Source: a virus
Lineage: Duplodnaviria; Heunggongvirae; Uroviricota; Caudoviricetes
Direction: 5' to 3' (one strand)
Length of the DNA: 64,000 nucleotides
IMG/VR virus record: IMGVR_UViG_3300037512_000782
Location: 188,732-252,731 of that record
Below are positions 55,707 to 63,634 of this stretch, piece by piece (positions within the stretch are counted from its first letter, which is position 1; each line of letters begins with the position of its first letter). The notes under the pieces are model-generated. The model did not search any database and had not been told where the DNA came from. It worked only from the letters and a program-made list of their open reading frames with translations. Position numbers and translations under genes: made by a program.

Positions 55707-55761
55707 TGACTGGCACACTTGACACGGGACTGCCATTTAGTTATATTTAATATATACAAAC
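55707..55761 (+). promoter_or_regulatory. variant cassette r carrying sigma70-like TTGACA-N17-TATATT
   Basis: GACTGGCAC ACTTGACA CGGGACTGCCATT TAGTTATATTTAATA TATACAAACC AAGGAGA. Near-duplicate cassette w at 59207-59260. Confidence 0.55.
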
Positions 55762-55776
55762 CAAGGAGAATTACTT

Positions 55777-56031
55777 ATGGCTCGCAAGAAAAAATATGCA
55801 ATCACTTTCAGACTGAGCGCCACCGTGGAACTCACAGAAAAGGAACTTTTGATGGTCATCAACGGCGACAGCTCGCCTATCAAGACCAAGCTCAAGCGTG
55901 GCGATATTGCTTTGGGCGGTGGTGACTCTTACTGGCCTGGCTGCTGGCTCACCGACGACGACAAGCTCCCACAAACGGTCAAGGACGCTTACAAGGCGGC
56001 TGACTGCGACGACGTGGAAATCATGGTGTAA
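55777..56031 (+). CDS. hypothetical protein
   Basis: Variant cassette r (with TTGACA-N17-TATATT) plus SD AAGGAGA. Confidence 0.5.
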   Translation: MARKKKYAITFRLSATVELTEKELLMVINGDSSPIKTKLKRGDIALGGGDSYWPGCWLTDDDKLPQTVKDAYKAADCDDVEIMV

Positions 56032-56040
56032 GGGGTGCTT

Positions 56041-56280
56041 ATGAACGGTGTTCTTATTACTGCCATTATCGTTGTCGGTATCGTCGCCATCGTCGTCGCT
56101 TCGCTCGTGTATGCGAGCAAGTTCAAGTGTAAGCACGAATGGGGCGAAGGTCAAGCGGTCACTCGTGAGCTCGAAGATGTTTACGGCCACACGAAGAAGC
56201 TGCTCTTTATGATGTGCCGTTGCAAGAAGTGCGGCTGCTACCGTTCGTTCGACACGAGGCCGACGGATCAACAATACTAG
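56041..56280 (+). CDS. small membrane protein with zinc-ribbon cysteines
   Basis: TM helix ITAIIVVGIVAIVVASLVYA, then CKHEW...CRCKKCGC. Track start 56035 is GTG. Confidence 0.45.
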   Translation: MNGVLITAIIVVGIVAIVVASLVYASKFKCKHEWGEGQAVTRELEDVYGHTKKLLFMMCRCKKCGCYRSFDTRPTDQQY

Positions 56281-56333
56281 ACTGGCTCCAGATCGGCGGG
56301 GCTGCCTCGCCGATCTATTCCTTTTATACAAAC
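56280..56333 (+). promoter_or_regulatory. PeSL-like cassette, copy s
   Basis: GACTGGCTC CAGATCGGCG-GGGCTGCCT-CGCCGATC (perfect 8-bp stem), then TATTCCTTT TATACAAACC, then AAGGAG. Near-identical stems in copies z (60491-60544), aa (61504-61556) and cc (63232-63284). Confidence 0.65.
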
Positions 56334-56353
56334 CAATAACCAAGGAGTTACCT

Positions 56354-56995
56354 ATGATGGATGTTGCATCTTTCCTCGAAACCAAGCCCACGTTCGAACA
56401 GATGATGAACCTTCGCCAGACGATGGCCGTCGCCGAAAAGCGTATCAAGAAGGCTGTTCTGAAGCTCAACGACCAGAACCCTACCGACGAAGAGCTCAAG
56501 AAGATGGACTTGCGCTGCGACGACGATGAGATCGTTGTCGGTACGTGGACGAAGAACGTCAGAGCGACGAAGGAAGCCGTCGAAGCCTACATCAAGGAGA
56601 ATCCAGGCTACGCCGTCGTCACCCACACGCCCACGAGCGCCGACGACATCAAGGTAGGCGACATCTACTACAGCAGCTGGGGCGCTACCATGGCCATGAT
56701 CACGTTCTTCAAGGTCGTCAACCGTACCAAGCAGTTCGTGACTCTCCGCATACTGGAACAGATCGAGACTCACGACAACATGTTCTCTGGCACCACCATG
56801 CCGCTGGACGAGTTCGAGAACCGCAGCAACGTATATGACGACGAGCGCTTCGAGGACGAAAACGGTTTTGTTTACGGACAGCGCACGGTCAAGGTCAACC
56901 CAGACGGCAACGGCTCCGCAGTGCTCCGCTACAAAAAATTCATGTGGTGCTATCCGTGGGACGGCAAAAGCAAGTCCTTCGACCACTGTGACTAA
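56354..56995 (+). CDS. hypothetical protein
   Basis: Cassette s plus SD AAGGAG. Terminator 57003-57040. Confidence 0.5.
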   Translation: MMDVASFLETKPTFEQMMNLRQTMAVAEKRIKKAVLKLNDQNPTDEELKKMDLRCDDDEIVVGTWTKNVRATKEAVEAYIKENPGYAVVTHTPTSADDIKVGDIYYSSWGATMAMITFFKVVNRTKQFVTLRILEQIETHDNMFSGTTMPLDEFENRSNVYDDERFEDENGFVYGQRTVKVNPDGNGSAVLRYKKFMWCYPWDGKSKSFDHCD

Positions 56996-57002
56996 TTCAG
57001 AA

Positions 57003-57040
57003 ATGGGCGGCGTCGCCGTCGCCCATTTTTTTTCTATTTT
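57003..57040 (+). terminator. intrinsic terminator
   Basis: ATGGGCGGCG-tcgccg-TCGCCCAT followed by TTTTTTTTC. Confidence 0.65.
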
Positions 57041-57147
57041 TTGTTTGACAAATCGACAGCAGCAACCGATATATAAGAAGGAGGCCCAAATGGCAAAGAA
57101 TCAGAACAGAATCGTCAAACCGTCCAAGAAGCGCGTAGGAGGCTAAT

Positions 57148-57417
57148 ATGCAAGAATCGGACATCGGAACATTTAACATCTACTTTCGCGAGGAGAAGGG
57201 CCAGTTCGTGTGCCACAAGCCCATACCGTCCAAGAAGGCCCTCGACAATCGAGAGATTAGGACGACGCTCACGAAAGATAAGACCAAGTACCGCATCCAC
57301 CTCGTCGATCTGACGGCGAACCGTCGCAAGCTGCTGGCTACTGGCAGCGTGAAGACCATCGGCGAGCTCGTGTGCGCGGCGAACGCCTTCCTCGACATCT
57401 ACCAGCAGCTGGGCTGA
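57148..57417 (+). CDS. hypothetical protein
   Basis: Preceded by an 18-codon uORF (57090-57146) and a sigma70-like TTGACA/TATATA promoter instead of the usual cassette. Confidence 0.5.
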   Translation: MQESDIGTFNIYFREEKGQFVCHKPIPSKKALDNREIRTTLTKDKTKYRIHLVDLTANRRKLLATGSVKTIGELVCAANAFLDIYQQLG

Positions 57418-57511
57418 TCCGGAGACTGGCATAGCTCCAGCGGGACTGCCTCGCTGGAGTATTTATATGGTGTAGGGCAATGAAGCTCTACGGTACTAGG
57501 GAGTAACCATT

Positions 57512-58288
57512 ATGGCTCAAGTTTTCGACGACATCAACAACATTGTGAGACCTACGAAGGGTATCAAGGCGTTCAAGTTCAATCCCAACACCGTCAAGTA
57601 CAAGTTCGAGACCAAGGGTAACTCGAAGATCGGCAAGATCGCCGTCTGGTCTACCTTGATGGGCGACTACACCTACAAGGGCATGCGTGGCAAGCTCAAG
57701 GACATCAAGGGCACGTGCAAGAACTGCAAGTCGTGCAAGCCGTCTTGCTACTGCCGTCACGGCTACTGCATCCATCCGTCCGAGGTGTTCAACCACGCCA
57801 AGAACACATGGGGACTGCGCAACGACCGCGACTACGTGCTCGCTTGCCTCACCCAGCAGCTCTCCCACGGCAACATCCACACGGTACGCATCAACGCTTC
57901 CGGCGAAGTCGAGGACGACAACCAGATGATTCTGTGGGTCACGCTCGCCATGTGCTTCTCGAAAGTGAAGTTCTACCTTTACACAAAGAACTACGAGCTC
58001 GCCGAACAGTTCTTGCTCAAGGGTCTCGTGCCGGAAAATTTTGTGATTCTCTACTCGGTCTGGGGCGAGAACGGCGTGAAAGAATTTGAACGTGTAAAGC
58101 ACTTACCGAACGTAAAAGCTTTTGTTTTCGACGACGGCGATATGAAAATCGAACCTAACAAGTATTGCCCAGCATACGTCGAAAAGTTCAAGAACTCGAA
58201 CAAGTACAAGCGCAAAAACATTCATTGCGACCAGTGCAAAATGTGTTTCGCTGGCAAAACAAAAGTTATCGCTTGTCACGACCATTAA
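57512..58288 (+). CDS. cysteine-rich hypothetical protein
   Basis: Cluster CKNCKSCKPSCYCRHGYC and a C-terminal CDQCKMC. Degenerate cassette t. Confidence 0.5.
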   Translation: MAQVFDDINNIVRPTKGIKAFKFNPNTVKYKFETKGNSKIGKIAVWSTLMGDYTYKGMRGKLKDIKGTCKNCKSCKPSCYCRHGYCIHPSEVFNHAKNTWGLRNDRDYVLACLTQQLSHGNIHTVRINASGEVEDDNQMILWVTLAMCFSKVKFYLYTKNYELAEQFLLKGLVPENFVILYSVWGENGVKEFERVKHLPNVKAFVFDDGDMKIEPNKYCPAYVEKFKNSNKYKRKNIHCDQCKMCFAGKTKVIACHDH

Positions 58289-58426
58289 TTTGACCATAGG
58301 TAAGCTCCAGGCTCCGCTCGAAAGGGCGGAGCCTTCTTTTATGCGTGATCGATCCGGATGACTGGCTGGAGATCGACGGGGCTGCCACCGGAAGATATTT
58401 ATTTTATGTAAAACAGAGGAGTTATT

Positions 58427-58690
58427 ATGACCGACGAACAAATCGCACAGTATAAAAAGCGCACAGAGAACTATCGCAAGTTCGCTATCACCGCACAAGA
58501 GCTTTATGACAAGCTCGGAGAATTTATTAAGCAAGGGCACGGCGACGCCATGTTCGATGTCTCGGACAACTGTGGTGGCTCGTATGTATTGGGCCGAAAC
58601 GATATTTACCTCGTCGAACCCAATAAAGAAGTCGAGAACAGTATCGAAGTGTTCGGCAAGTGGATATCCCTCGGCGAAGAATGTCCGTAA
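58427..58690 (+). CDS. hypothetical protein
   Basis: Cassette u plus SD AGAGGAG. Confidence 0.5.
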   Translation: MTDEQIAQYKKRTENYRKFAITAQELYDKLGEFIKQGHGDAMFDVSDNCGGSYVLGRNDIYLVEPNKEVENSIEVFGKWISLGEECP

Positions 58691-58751
58691 GACGGCGGGG
58701 CTGCCTCGCCGTCCTATTCTTTCTATACAACCTCAACAAGGAGAATTACTT

Positions 58752-59159
58752 ATGGCAACTAAAACAGTTTACGAACAGCTCGACTACGATTCCAAGTGTG
58801 CTATTCACACTCTGAAGTGTACGCTCGACTCCATGTATGCGAACTATGTCACCGCTGGACAGAAGACGAACAAGAACGCCGTCATTTCAGCGCTCACCGA
58901 AATCGAACAAGTCAGCAAGGGTATAGCGGAACACGCTCGCTTGCTCATTGACAAGCTCGAAGACGGCACTGGCGACCCTACTCCCAAGGGCAAGGGCAAG
59001 ACCGCAGCGGTGAAAGATGAATCTTTCGAGGACAAGATCCGCCGTATGGTGGCCGAAGAGGTCAAGAAGCACCTCAAGATCGACGGTTGCTACTATGACG
59101 GCGGTGGCAGCGTGACCTTGCTCTGGGACAAGAAAGAGTTCGCGAGCGACAGTCTTTAA
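58752..59159 (+). CDS. hypothetical protein
   Basis: ATG 58752 after cassette v and SD AAGGAGA. Track ORF starts at 58506. Confidence 0.5.
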   Translation: MATKTVYEQLDYDSKCAIHTLKCTLDSMYANYVTAGQKTNKNAVISALTEIEQVSKGIAEHARLLIDKLEDGTGDPTPKGKGKTAAVKDESFEDKIRRMVAEEVKKHLKIDGCYYDGGGSVTLLWDKKEFASDSL

Positions 59160-59270
59160 CCAAAGGGGCGCAAGCCCCTTTTGTTATTTGTAGATATAAC
59201 TTTACAGACTGGCACTATTGACACGGGATTGCCTAAAAGTTATATTATATATGAGAACCAAGGAGACATT

Positions 59271-59669
59271 ATGAATTGGCCTTTTGAATCCAAGAATGTA
59301 AAGAAAATGAACGAAACCGCCTATAACAAGGTGGCGAACTATATGCAGTGCCACGCAGCGGAATTTATGAATGGCGATGAGGCTACCCACAAAAGGGCGC
59401 AGTCTATCGCTGACGCTATCAACGCGAAAGATAATTCCAAGTGCATCGTGGACACCGACAAGGCTCTCGTGGACGATGTGCTTCAGTGCTTGGCCTCTAT
59501 GGGCGAGCATATCAGCAACGGCTACCCTAACGCATTGGTGGCGTGTGGCTATGACCCATCCATCGTGTTCATGGTAGGCGATACCGCAGAAGACGGCCAG
59601 TCCAAGTGCGTCTATCTCCGTCTCACCATCCTCGACTGGCCCAAGAAGGGCGGGGCTGCCTCGGCCTAG
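59271..59669 (+). CDS. hypothetical protein
   Basis: ATG 59271 after variant cassette w and SD AAGGAGA. Confidence 0.5.
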   Translation: MNWPFESKNVKKMNETAYNKVANYMQCHAAEFMNGDEATHKRAQSIADAINAKDNSKCIVDTDKALVDDVLQCLASMGEHISNGYPNALVACGYDPSIVFMVGDTAEDGQSKCVYLRLTILDWPKKGGAASA

Positions 59670-59701
59670 TATTGGTTCTATACAACCAAGGAGAAACACT
59701 T

Positions 59702-60109
59702 ATGGCAGACAGACTTATTTTCAGACTGAAGCACGACGGCGAAACGCTGGCCTACCTCTACCAGCGCTGGGGCCGTGGTGACGGCGCGGAAATTGAACGC
59801 CTCGTGCGTGAATCCGCCGAAAAGTACAAGCTCGACCTCACGAAGCGAGCCGACGCTATCCAGGCCGTCCGTATCGCTGGCGAGGAACAGTATGGACACG
59901 CTCTGTGGAACTTCATTCCTACTGGCGACAACGACAAGAAGTTCGTCGAGTCTCTGAAGCGTGACTTGGACTACCTCGCAGCCCATCGAGACGAGCTTAT
60001 CGCCGACAACCAGGACGAGAAGGGTATCGTGTTCTTCTACGGAACCTTCGAGGACTATCCGGCCTACATCGACGAATGGTGCGAAGATGAATACACGATG
60101 ACCGTGTAG
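59702..60109 (+). CDS. hypothetical protein
   Basis: ATG 59702 after cassette x and SD AAGGAGA. Confidence 0.5.
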   Translation: MADRLIFRLKHDGETLAYLYQRWGRGDGAEIERLVRESAEKYKLDLTKRADAIQAVRIAGEEQYGHALWNFIPTGDNDKKFVESLKRDLDYLAAHRDELIADNQDEKGIVFFYGTFEDYPAYIDEWCEDEYTMTV

Positions 60110-60175
60110 GACTGGAACCGGAGCGGCGGGGCTGCCTCGCCGTTCTATTCACTTTATACAAACAAAGGAGCTTTT

Positions 60176-60490
60176 ATGAAAGATTACTACAAGAACGAAC
60201 TCACTACGCTCACGCCGCGACGTGCAGCCGCCGTCCACACTATCGCTAACAAGCTTTGCGCCGTCAGAGACCGTCTCAAGTCCACCGACTGGGTGAAAAC
60301 TGTTCTGTACAAGTGGAACGGTAATAAATCGTGCTGGGTGGAACTCCGAGAAATCTGGGTAGGCCGTTTAAAGTCTAACAGCATTCTCGCCGAGGCCGTC
60401 CACGAAGCCATGCCTCGCCAGTTCAAGAACTGCACGTTCCAGCTGGTCGTCCACGGTAAACGGTCGCTTGGGTATCGTTACACCGTCTAG
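60176..60490 (+). CDS. hypothetical protein
   Basis: Cassette y plus SD AAAGGAG. Confidence 0.5.
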   Translation: MKDYYKNELTTLTPRRAAAVHTIANKLCAVRDRLKSTDWVKTVLYKWNGNKSCWVELREIWVGRLKSNSILAEAVHEAMPRQFKNCTFQLVVHGKRSLGYRYTV

Positions 60491-60557
60491 GACTGGAACT
60501 GGATCGGCGGGGCTGCCTCGCCGATCTATTCACTGTATACAACCAAGGAGATTTAAG

Positions 60558-61106
60558 ATGAATACAACGCATGAATTTAACAACGCCGACGAACTGCTCG
60601 AACACCTCGACAGCGAATACGAGTTCGGCGAAGTGCTGGACGTAATCAAGAAGCACTACGACGTCAAGCTTTACGACGGCTGCGGTAAGACGATCGACGA
60701 CCGAGACGAAGACGACAAGGCCGACGAGGAAAAGGTCGAATACAGCGACATCGAGACCTTGACCTACAAGGGCAGCAAGGACGATCCAGAGTTCGTCATC
60801 TCTGTAGACAACAGCGACGAGCGCAGCGACTACTACTCCGAAGATCGCTACACTATCCAGTTGCCGAACCGTGCGGCTGCCGACGAGCTGGCTCGCGCTA
60901 TCGACTACAATGCCAAGGTGGTCGTGGACAACTCCAAGCCGACTGGCTCCAAGGAGTTCCGTATCACCTACCGCATGGAAGTGTATGTCAAGGCCGACAG
61001 CGAGGACGAGGCCAAGACGACCTTTGAAAACATGGCCGACGACCAGTTGAACCGCGACGCAAAATTTGTTGAAATGGTCTCTTGCGAGGACGCTTCGACA
61101 CTGTAA
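60558..61106 (+). CDS. acidic hypothetical protein
   Basis: ATG 60558 after cassette z. D/E-rich sequence. Terminator 61110-61142. Confidence 0.5.
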   Translation: MNTTHEFNNADELLEHLDSEYEFGEVLDVIKKHYDVKLYDGCGKTIDDRDEDDKADEEKVEYSDIETLTYKGSKDDPEFVISVDNSDERSDYYSEDRYTIQLPNRAAADELARAIDYNAKVVVDNSKPTGSKEFRITYRMEVYVKADSEDEAKTTFENMADDQLNRDAKFVEMVSCEDASTL

Positions 61107-61109
61107 AAA

Positions 61110-61142
61110 CACGGTGCCCATGTGGGCACTATTTTTTATTTA
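61110..61142 (+). terminator. intrinsic terminator
   Basis: GTGCCCA-tgt-GGGCAC followed by TATTTTTTATTT. Confidence 0.65.
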
Positions 61143-61163
61143 TTCGAAAAGGAGGTTCAGAAC

Positions 61164-61505
61164 ATGGACGGTAAATGGGTATTGATAGTAATCGGCGTAT
61201 TATTTTTAGCGGTCATTATCGCTATCGTCGTTGACTGCTTGCGTAATACAAAAGAAAGTGAACCAGAGCCAGAGCCGTATGTGCAGCCACGCGCTGGAGA
61301 GGTGTCGCCGAGTAACTGGGCCACGTCGTCGTTCTCGCCGTCGGTGTTTGTCGGTATGTCTCCGACCATTTATTTTGTGTGCGGTGCTTGCGGTGGCGAG
61401 ACCCAGTTAAAGGTGCCTATGGCTACGGTTCCGTATGACGGCGGCCTACGCCTACGGTGCCAGTGTTGCGGCAAGCCGAACAGACTGCCGATCCGGCGGC
61501 TCTGA
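61164..61505 (+). CDS. membrane-anchored zinc-ribbon protein
   Basis: TM helix VLIVIGVLFLAVIIAIVV, then CGACGG...CQCCGKPN. SD AAGGAGG. Confidence 0.5.
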   Translation: MDGKWVLIVIGVLFLAVIIAIVVDCLRNTKESEPEPEPYVQPRAGEVSPSNWATSSFSPSVFVGMSPTIYFVCGACGGETQLKVPMATVPYDGGLRLRCQCCGKPNRLPIRRL

Positions 61506-61574
61506 CTGGCACTGGATCGGCGGGACTGCCTCGCCGATCTATTCTCTTTATACAACCTCAACAAGGAGACACCA

Positions 61575-62177
61575 ATGTCTACACGCTCTATTCTCGCTCT
61601 TCAAAAGGGCAACAAGGTACGCTACTGCTTCCTTCATTGGGACGGCGACAATCACGGCCAGACGCTCAAGCACATGCTCGACTCTGAAATCGAGGAACTG
61701 TTCGAGGGCATGGGCGCGGTCGAGAACGGCAACTACATCATGCTCGACCATCTCCATTCGAAGTCCTACTGGGACGGCTACATCGAAGCCCAGCGTATCG
61801 ACTGGAAGAACTCTTACCCTGGACGTTCCATGACGGAGTTCGAGAGGATCTACATCGGCTCCCAGAAGTCCGGCTACATGCCGATCGTCGTCGAGCCGAA
61901 GAAGGACTCGGAAGGCAACGTGATCGAGCCGATCGAGCTGGATCCGGAAGAAACTGGGTTCTACGAGACCAAGACGAAAGCTCCCAAGACGGTCAGAGAT
62001 GCTTTGTACGGTCACAGTCCGTTCATGTGCTGCGAATACGTCTGGTTCTACAATCTTGACACTCACGTCATCACGTGGTTCCACGACGACGAAAACTGGA
62101 AACAGCGGCAGATGAACCGTCGCAAGCGCTTGACTCCGAAAAAATATGATTTCTCGTGGGTCTACACGCGAAAGTAA
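61575..62177 (+). CDS. hypothetical protein
   Basis: Cassette aa plus SD AAGGAGA. Terminator 62190-62230. Confidence 0.5.
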   Translation: MSTRSILALQKGNKVRYCFLHWDGDNHGQTLKHMLDSEIEELFEGMGAVENGNYIMLDHLHSKSYWDGYIEAQRIDWKNSYPGRSMTEFERIYIGSQKSGYMPIVVEPKKDSEGNVIEPIELDPEETGFYETKTKAPKTVRDALYGHSPFMCCEYVWFYNLDTHVITWFHDDENWKQRQMNRRKRLTPKKYDFSWVYTRK

Positions 62178-62189
62178 AAATAACTTTAC

Positions 62190-62230
62190 GATTAGGTAGG
62201 TATTGACAACCTACCTAATTTTATTATATT
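62190..62230 (+). terminator. intrinsic terminator
   Basis: TTAGGTAGGT-attgacaa-CCTACCTAA followed by TTTTATTATATTTCTTTTT. Confidence 0.65.
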
Positions 62231-62252
62231 TCTTTTTAACCAAGGAGTTTTT

Positions 62253-62453
62253 ATGAAGAAACCAGTCAAAATGTTACGAAAGTTTTTCTATGTCGAAATG
62301 GGCATAGTGTTTCTCGTGTTGGTCTATTTGACCTACACAAACGCCCAAGAGAGCATCGAAAAGGCTATTGTCGTGTTGCCGTTCTATATCTTATGGGGCT
62401 TAATGGTCGTTGTCGGCATTACCGATAAGGACTTATCCGACAGCAAATTTTAA
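62253..62453 (+). CDS. small two-TM membrane protein
   Basis: SD AAGGAG; hydrophobic 66-aa product. Confidence 0.45.
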   Translation: MKKPVKMLRKFFYVEMGIVFLVLVYLTYTNAQESIEKAIVVLPFYILWGLMVVVGITDKDLSDSKF

Positions 62454-62466
62454 CCAAGGAGAATTT

Positions 62467-62718
62467 ATGGCCAGCAAGCAAGTCGAATCTATGAAAAAGA
62501 CAATCGCCGAGGCGGTTGAAAAATTTAACTCCAGCCACGACAAGAAGCTCGAATATGTAGGCGAGGAACCGCCGAGCGGCGTGGTAAAGTACGCGGCAAA
62601 ATACAAGTTCGGTGAAAAGCTTGTCTACTTGATGGGCTGCCAGGATAGGCCGTTCTTCGGTTGCACTGGCAAGGACGACCTCGAATTCATGGACGAGTTC
62701 CTTGAGACACTGACATAG
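62467..62718 (+). CDS. hypothetical protein
   Basis: ATG 62467 after SD AAGGAGA. Confidence 0.45.
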   Translation: MASKQVESMKKTIAEAVEKFNSSHDKKLEYVGEEPPSGVVKYAAKYKFGEKLVYLMGCQDRPFFGCTGKDDLEFMDEFLETLT

Positions 62719-62784
62719 CGACGGCGGGACTGCTCCGCAGTCCTATTGTTTCTATACAACCAACAACCAAAAGGAGATTAAACC

Positions 62785-63228
62785 ATGAGAAAGCATAGCA
62801 GAGACCCACGTCGTTGTTTCATCGTATATCTTACGACAACAGACAGCGAAGACGGTACGACCGTATCGAACGACGGCTTCAACGTATTACTTACCAAAGA
62901 CGAGGCTGCCATCGTAGATAAAGCAGCCGACGCACAGCGCGGCGACTTGGTGCTGAAGTATTTCAATCAGAAGATCAAGAACGCCGTCATCCAGTGGTTC
63001 AATGAATCGCCTCACACCTTGCGTAAAACGCTCGATGAATATTGCTTTGGTTACGACTACGAAAACGAAGCCGACAAAGGCCAGAGCGAACTCGATTACG
63101 CTTTGTCCAAGTTTACCGCAAGGTGTGTCGTGTTGATTTCGGATGGTATCGCTAGTCAGAATGGGTTCAATACATTGGATGTTAACGTCACAGCTACATC
63201 CGATTACGCCGATAGCTTGTTCGACTAG
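62785..63228 (+). CDS. hypothetical protein
   Basis: Cassette bb plus SD AAAGGAGA. Confidence 0.5.
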   Translation: MRKHSRDPRRCFIVYLTTTDSEDGTTVSNDGFNVLLTKDEAAIVDKAADAQRGDLVLKYFNQKIKNAVIQWFNESPHTLRKTLDEYCFGYDYENEADKGQSELDYALSKFTARCVVLISDGIASQNGFNTLDVNVTATSDYADSLFD

Positions 63229-63306
63229 CGACTGGTGGATCCTCGGCGGGGCTGCCTCGCCGATCTATTCCCTTTATACAACCAACAACCAAAAGGAGAA
63301 ACAACA

Positions 63307-63537
63307 ATGTTCAAATTTCTTTGCGCTCTCTTTCTCGCTGGCGTTCTTGCTGGCCTCTACATGTTCTCTTCGGATTCTGCGAAGGCTTCTGTCAAGAAAG
63401 CTGGAACGGAACTTGTGCGTGACGCCGCCGACAACGCGACGGAAGCCGCGCTCGACCAGACCGAAAAGGCTGGCAAGAAGATGATCTCTCGTGTGAAGGA
63501 CATCAGAAAGGCCAACAACGACAAGTTCAAGAAGTAG
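63307..63537 (+). CDS. small membrane or secreted protein
   Basis: ATG 63307 after cassette cc. Signal-anchor MFKFLCALFLAGVLAGLYMF. Confidence 0.45.
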   Translation: MFKFLCALFLAGVLAGLYMFSSDSAKASVKKAGTELVRDAADNATEAALDQTEKAGKKMISRVKDIRKANNDKFKK

Positions 63538-63589
63538 ACTGGATCCGGCCCGGCGGGGCTGCCCTGCCGGGTTATTCTTTCTACACAAC
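63537..63589 (+). promoter_or_regulatory. PeSL-like cassette, copy dd
   Basis: GACTGGATC CGGCCCGGCG-GGGCTGCCC-TGCCGGG, then TTATTCTTTC TACACAAC. Confidence 0.55.
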
Positions 63590-63590
63590 A

Positions 63591-63618
63591 AACAATCAAC
63601 AATCAACAATCAACAATC
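63591..63618 (+). repeat. (AACAATC)x4 heptanucleotide tandem repeat in 5' leader
   Basis: Four perfect AACAATC units lie between the cassette -10-like element and the AAAAGGA RBS of the last gene. Confidence 0.8.
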
Positions 63619-63634
63619 AAAAGGACACAATCCA

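Noticed and set aside
43500-63560. Possible sigma-54 promoters because of recurrent TGGCAC
   Set aside because: The -12 element (TTGCW, 4-5 nt after the GG) is absent in all copies. Spacing to the start codons is inconsistent with -24/-12 geometry.
43500-63620. CRISPR array
   Set aside because: The repeated elements are ~45-55 nt composite cassettes separated by 300-1100 bp of protein-coding sequence with SDs. Spacing is irregular and the repeats are imperfect. Not a CRISPR.
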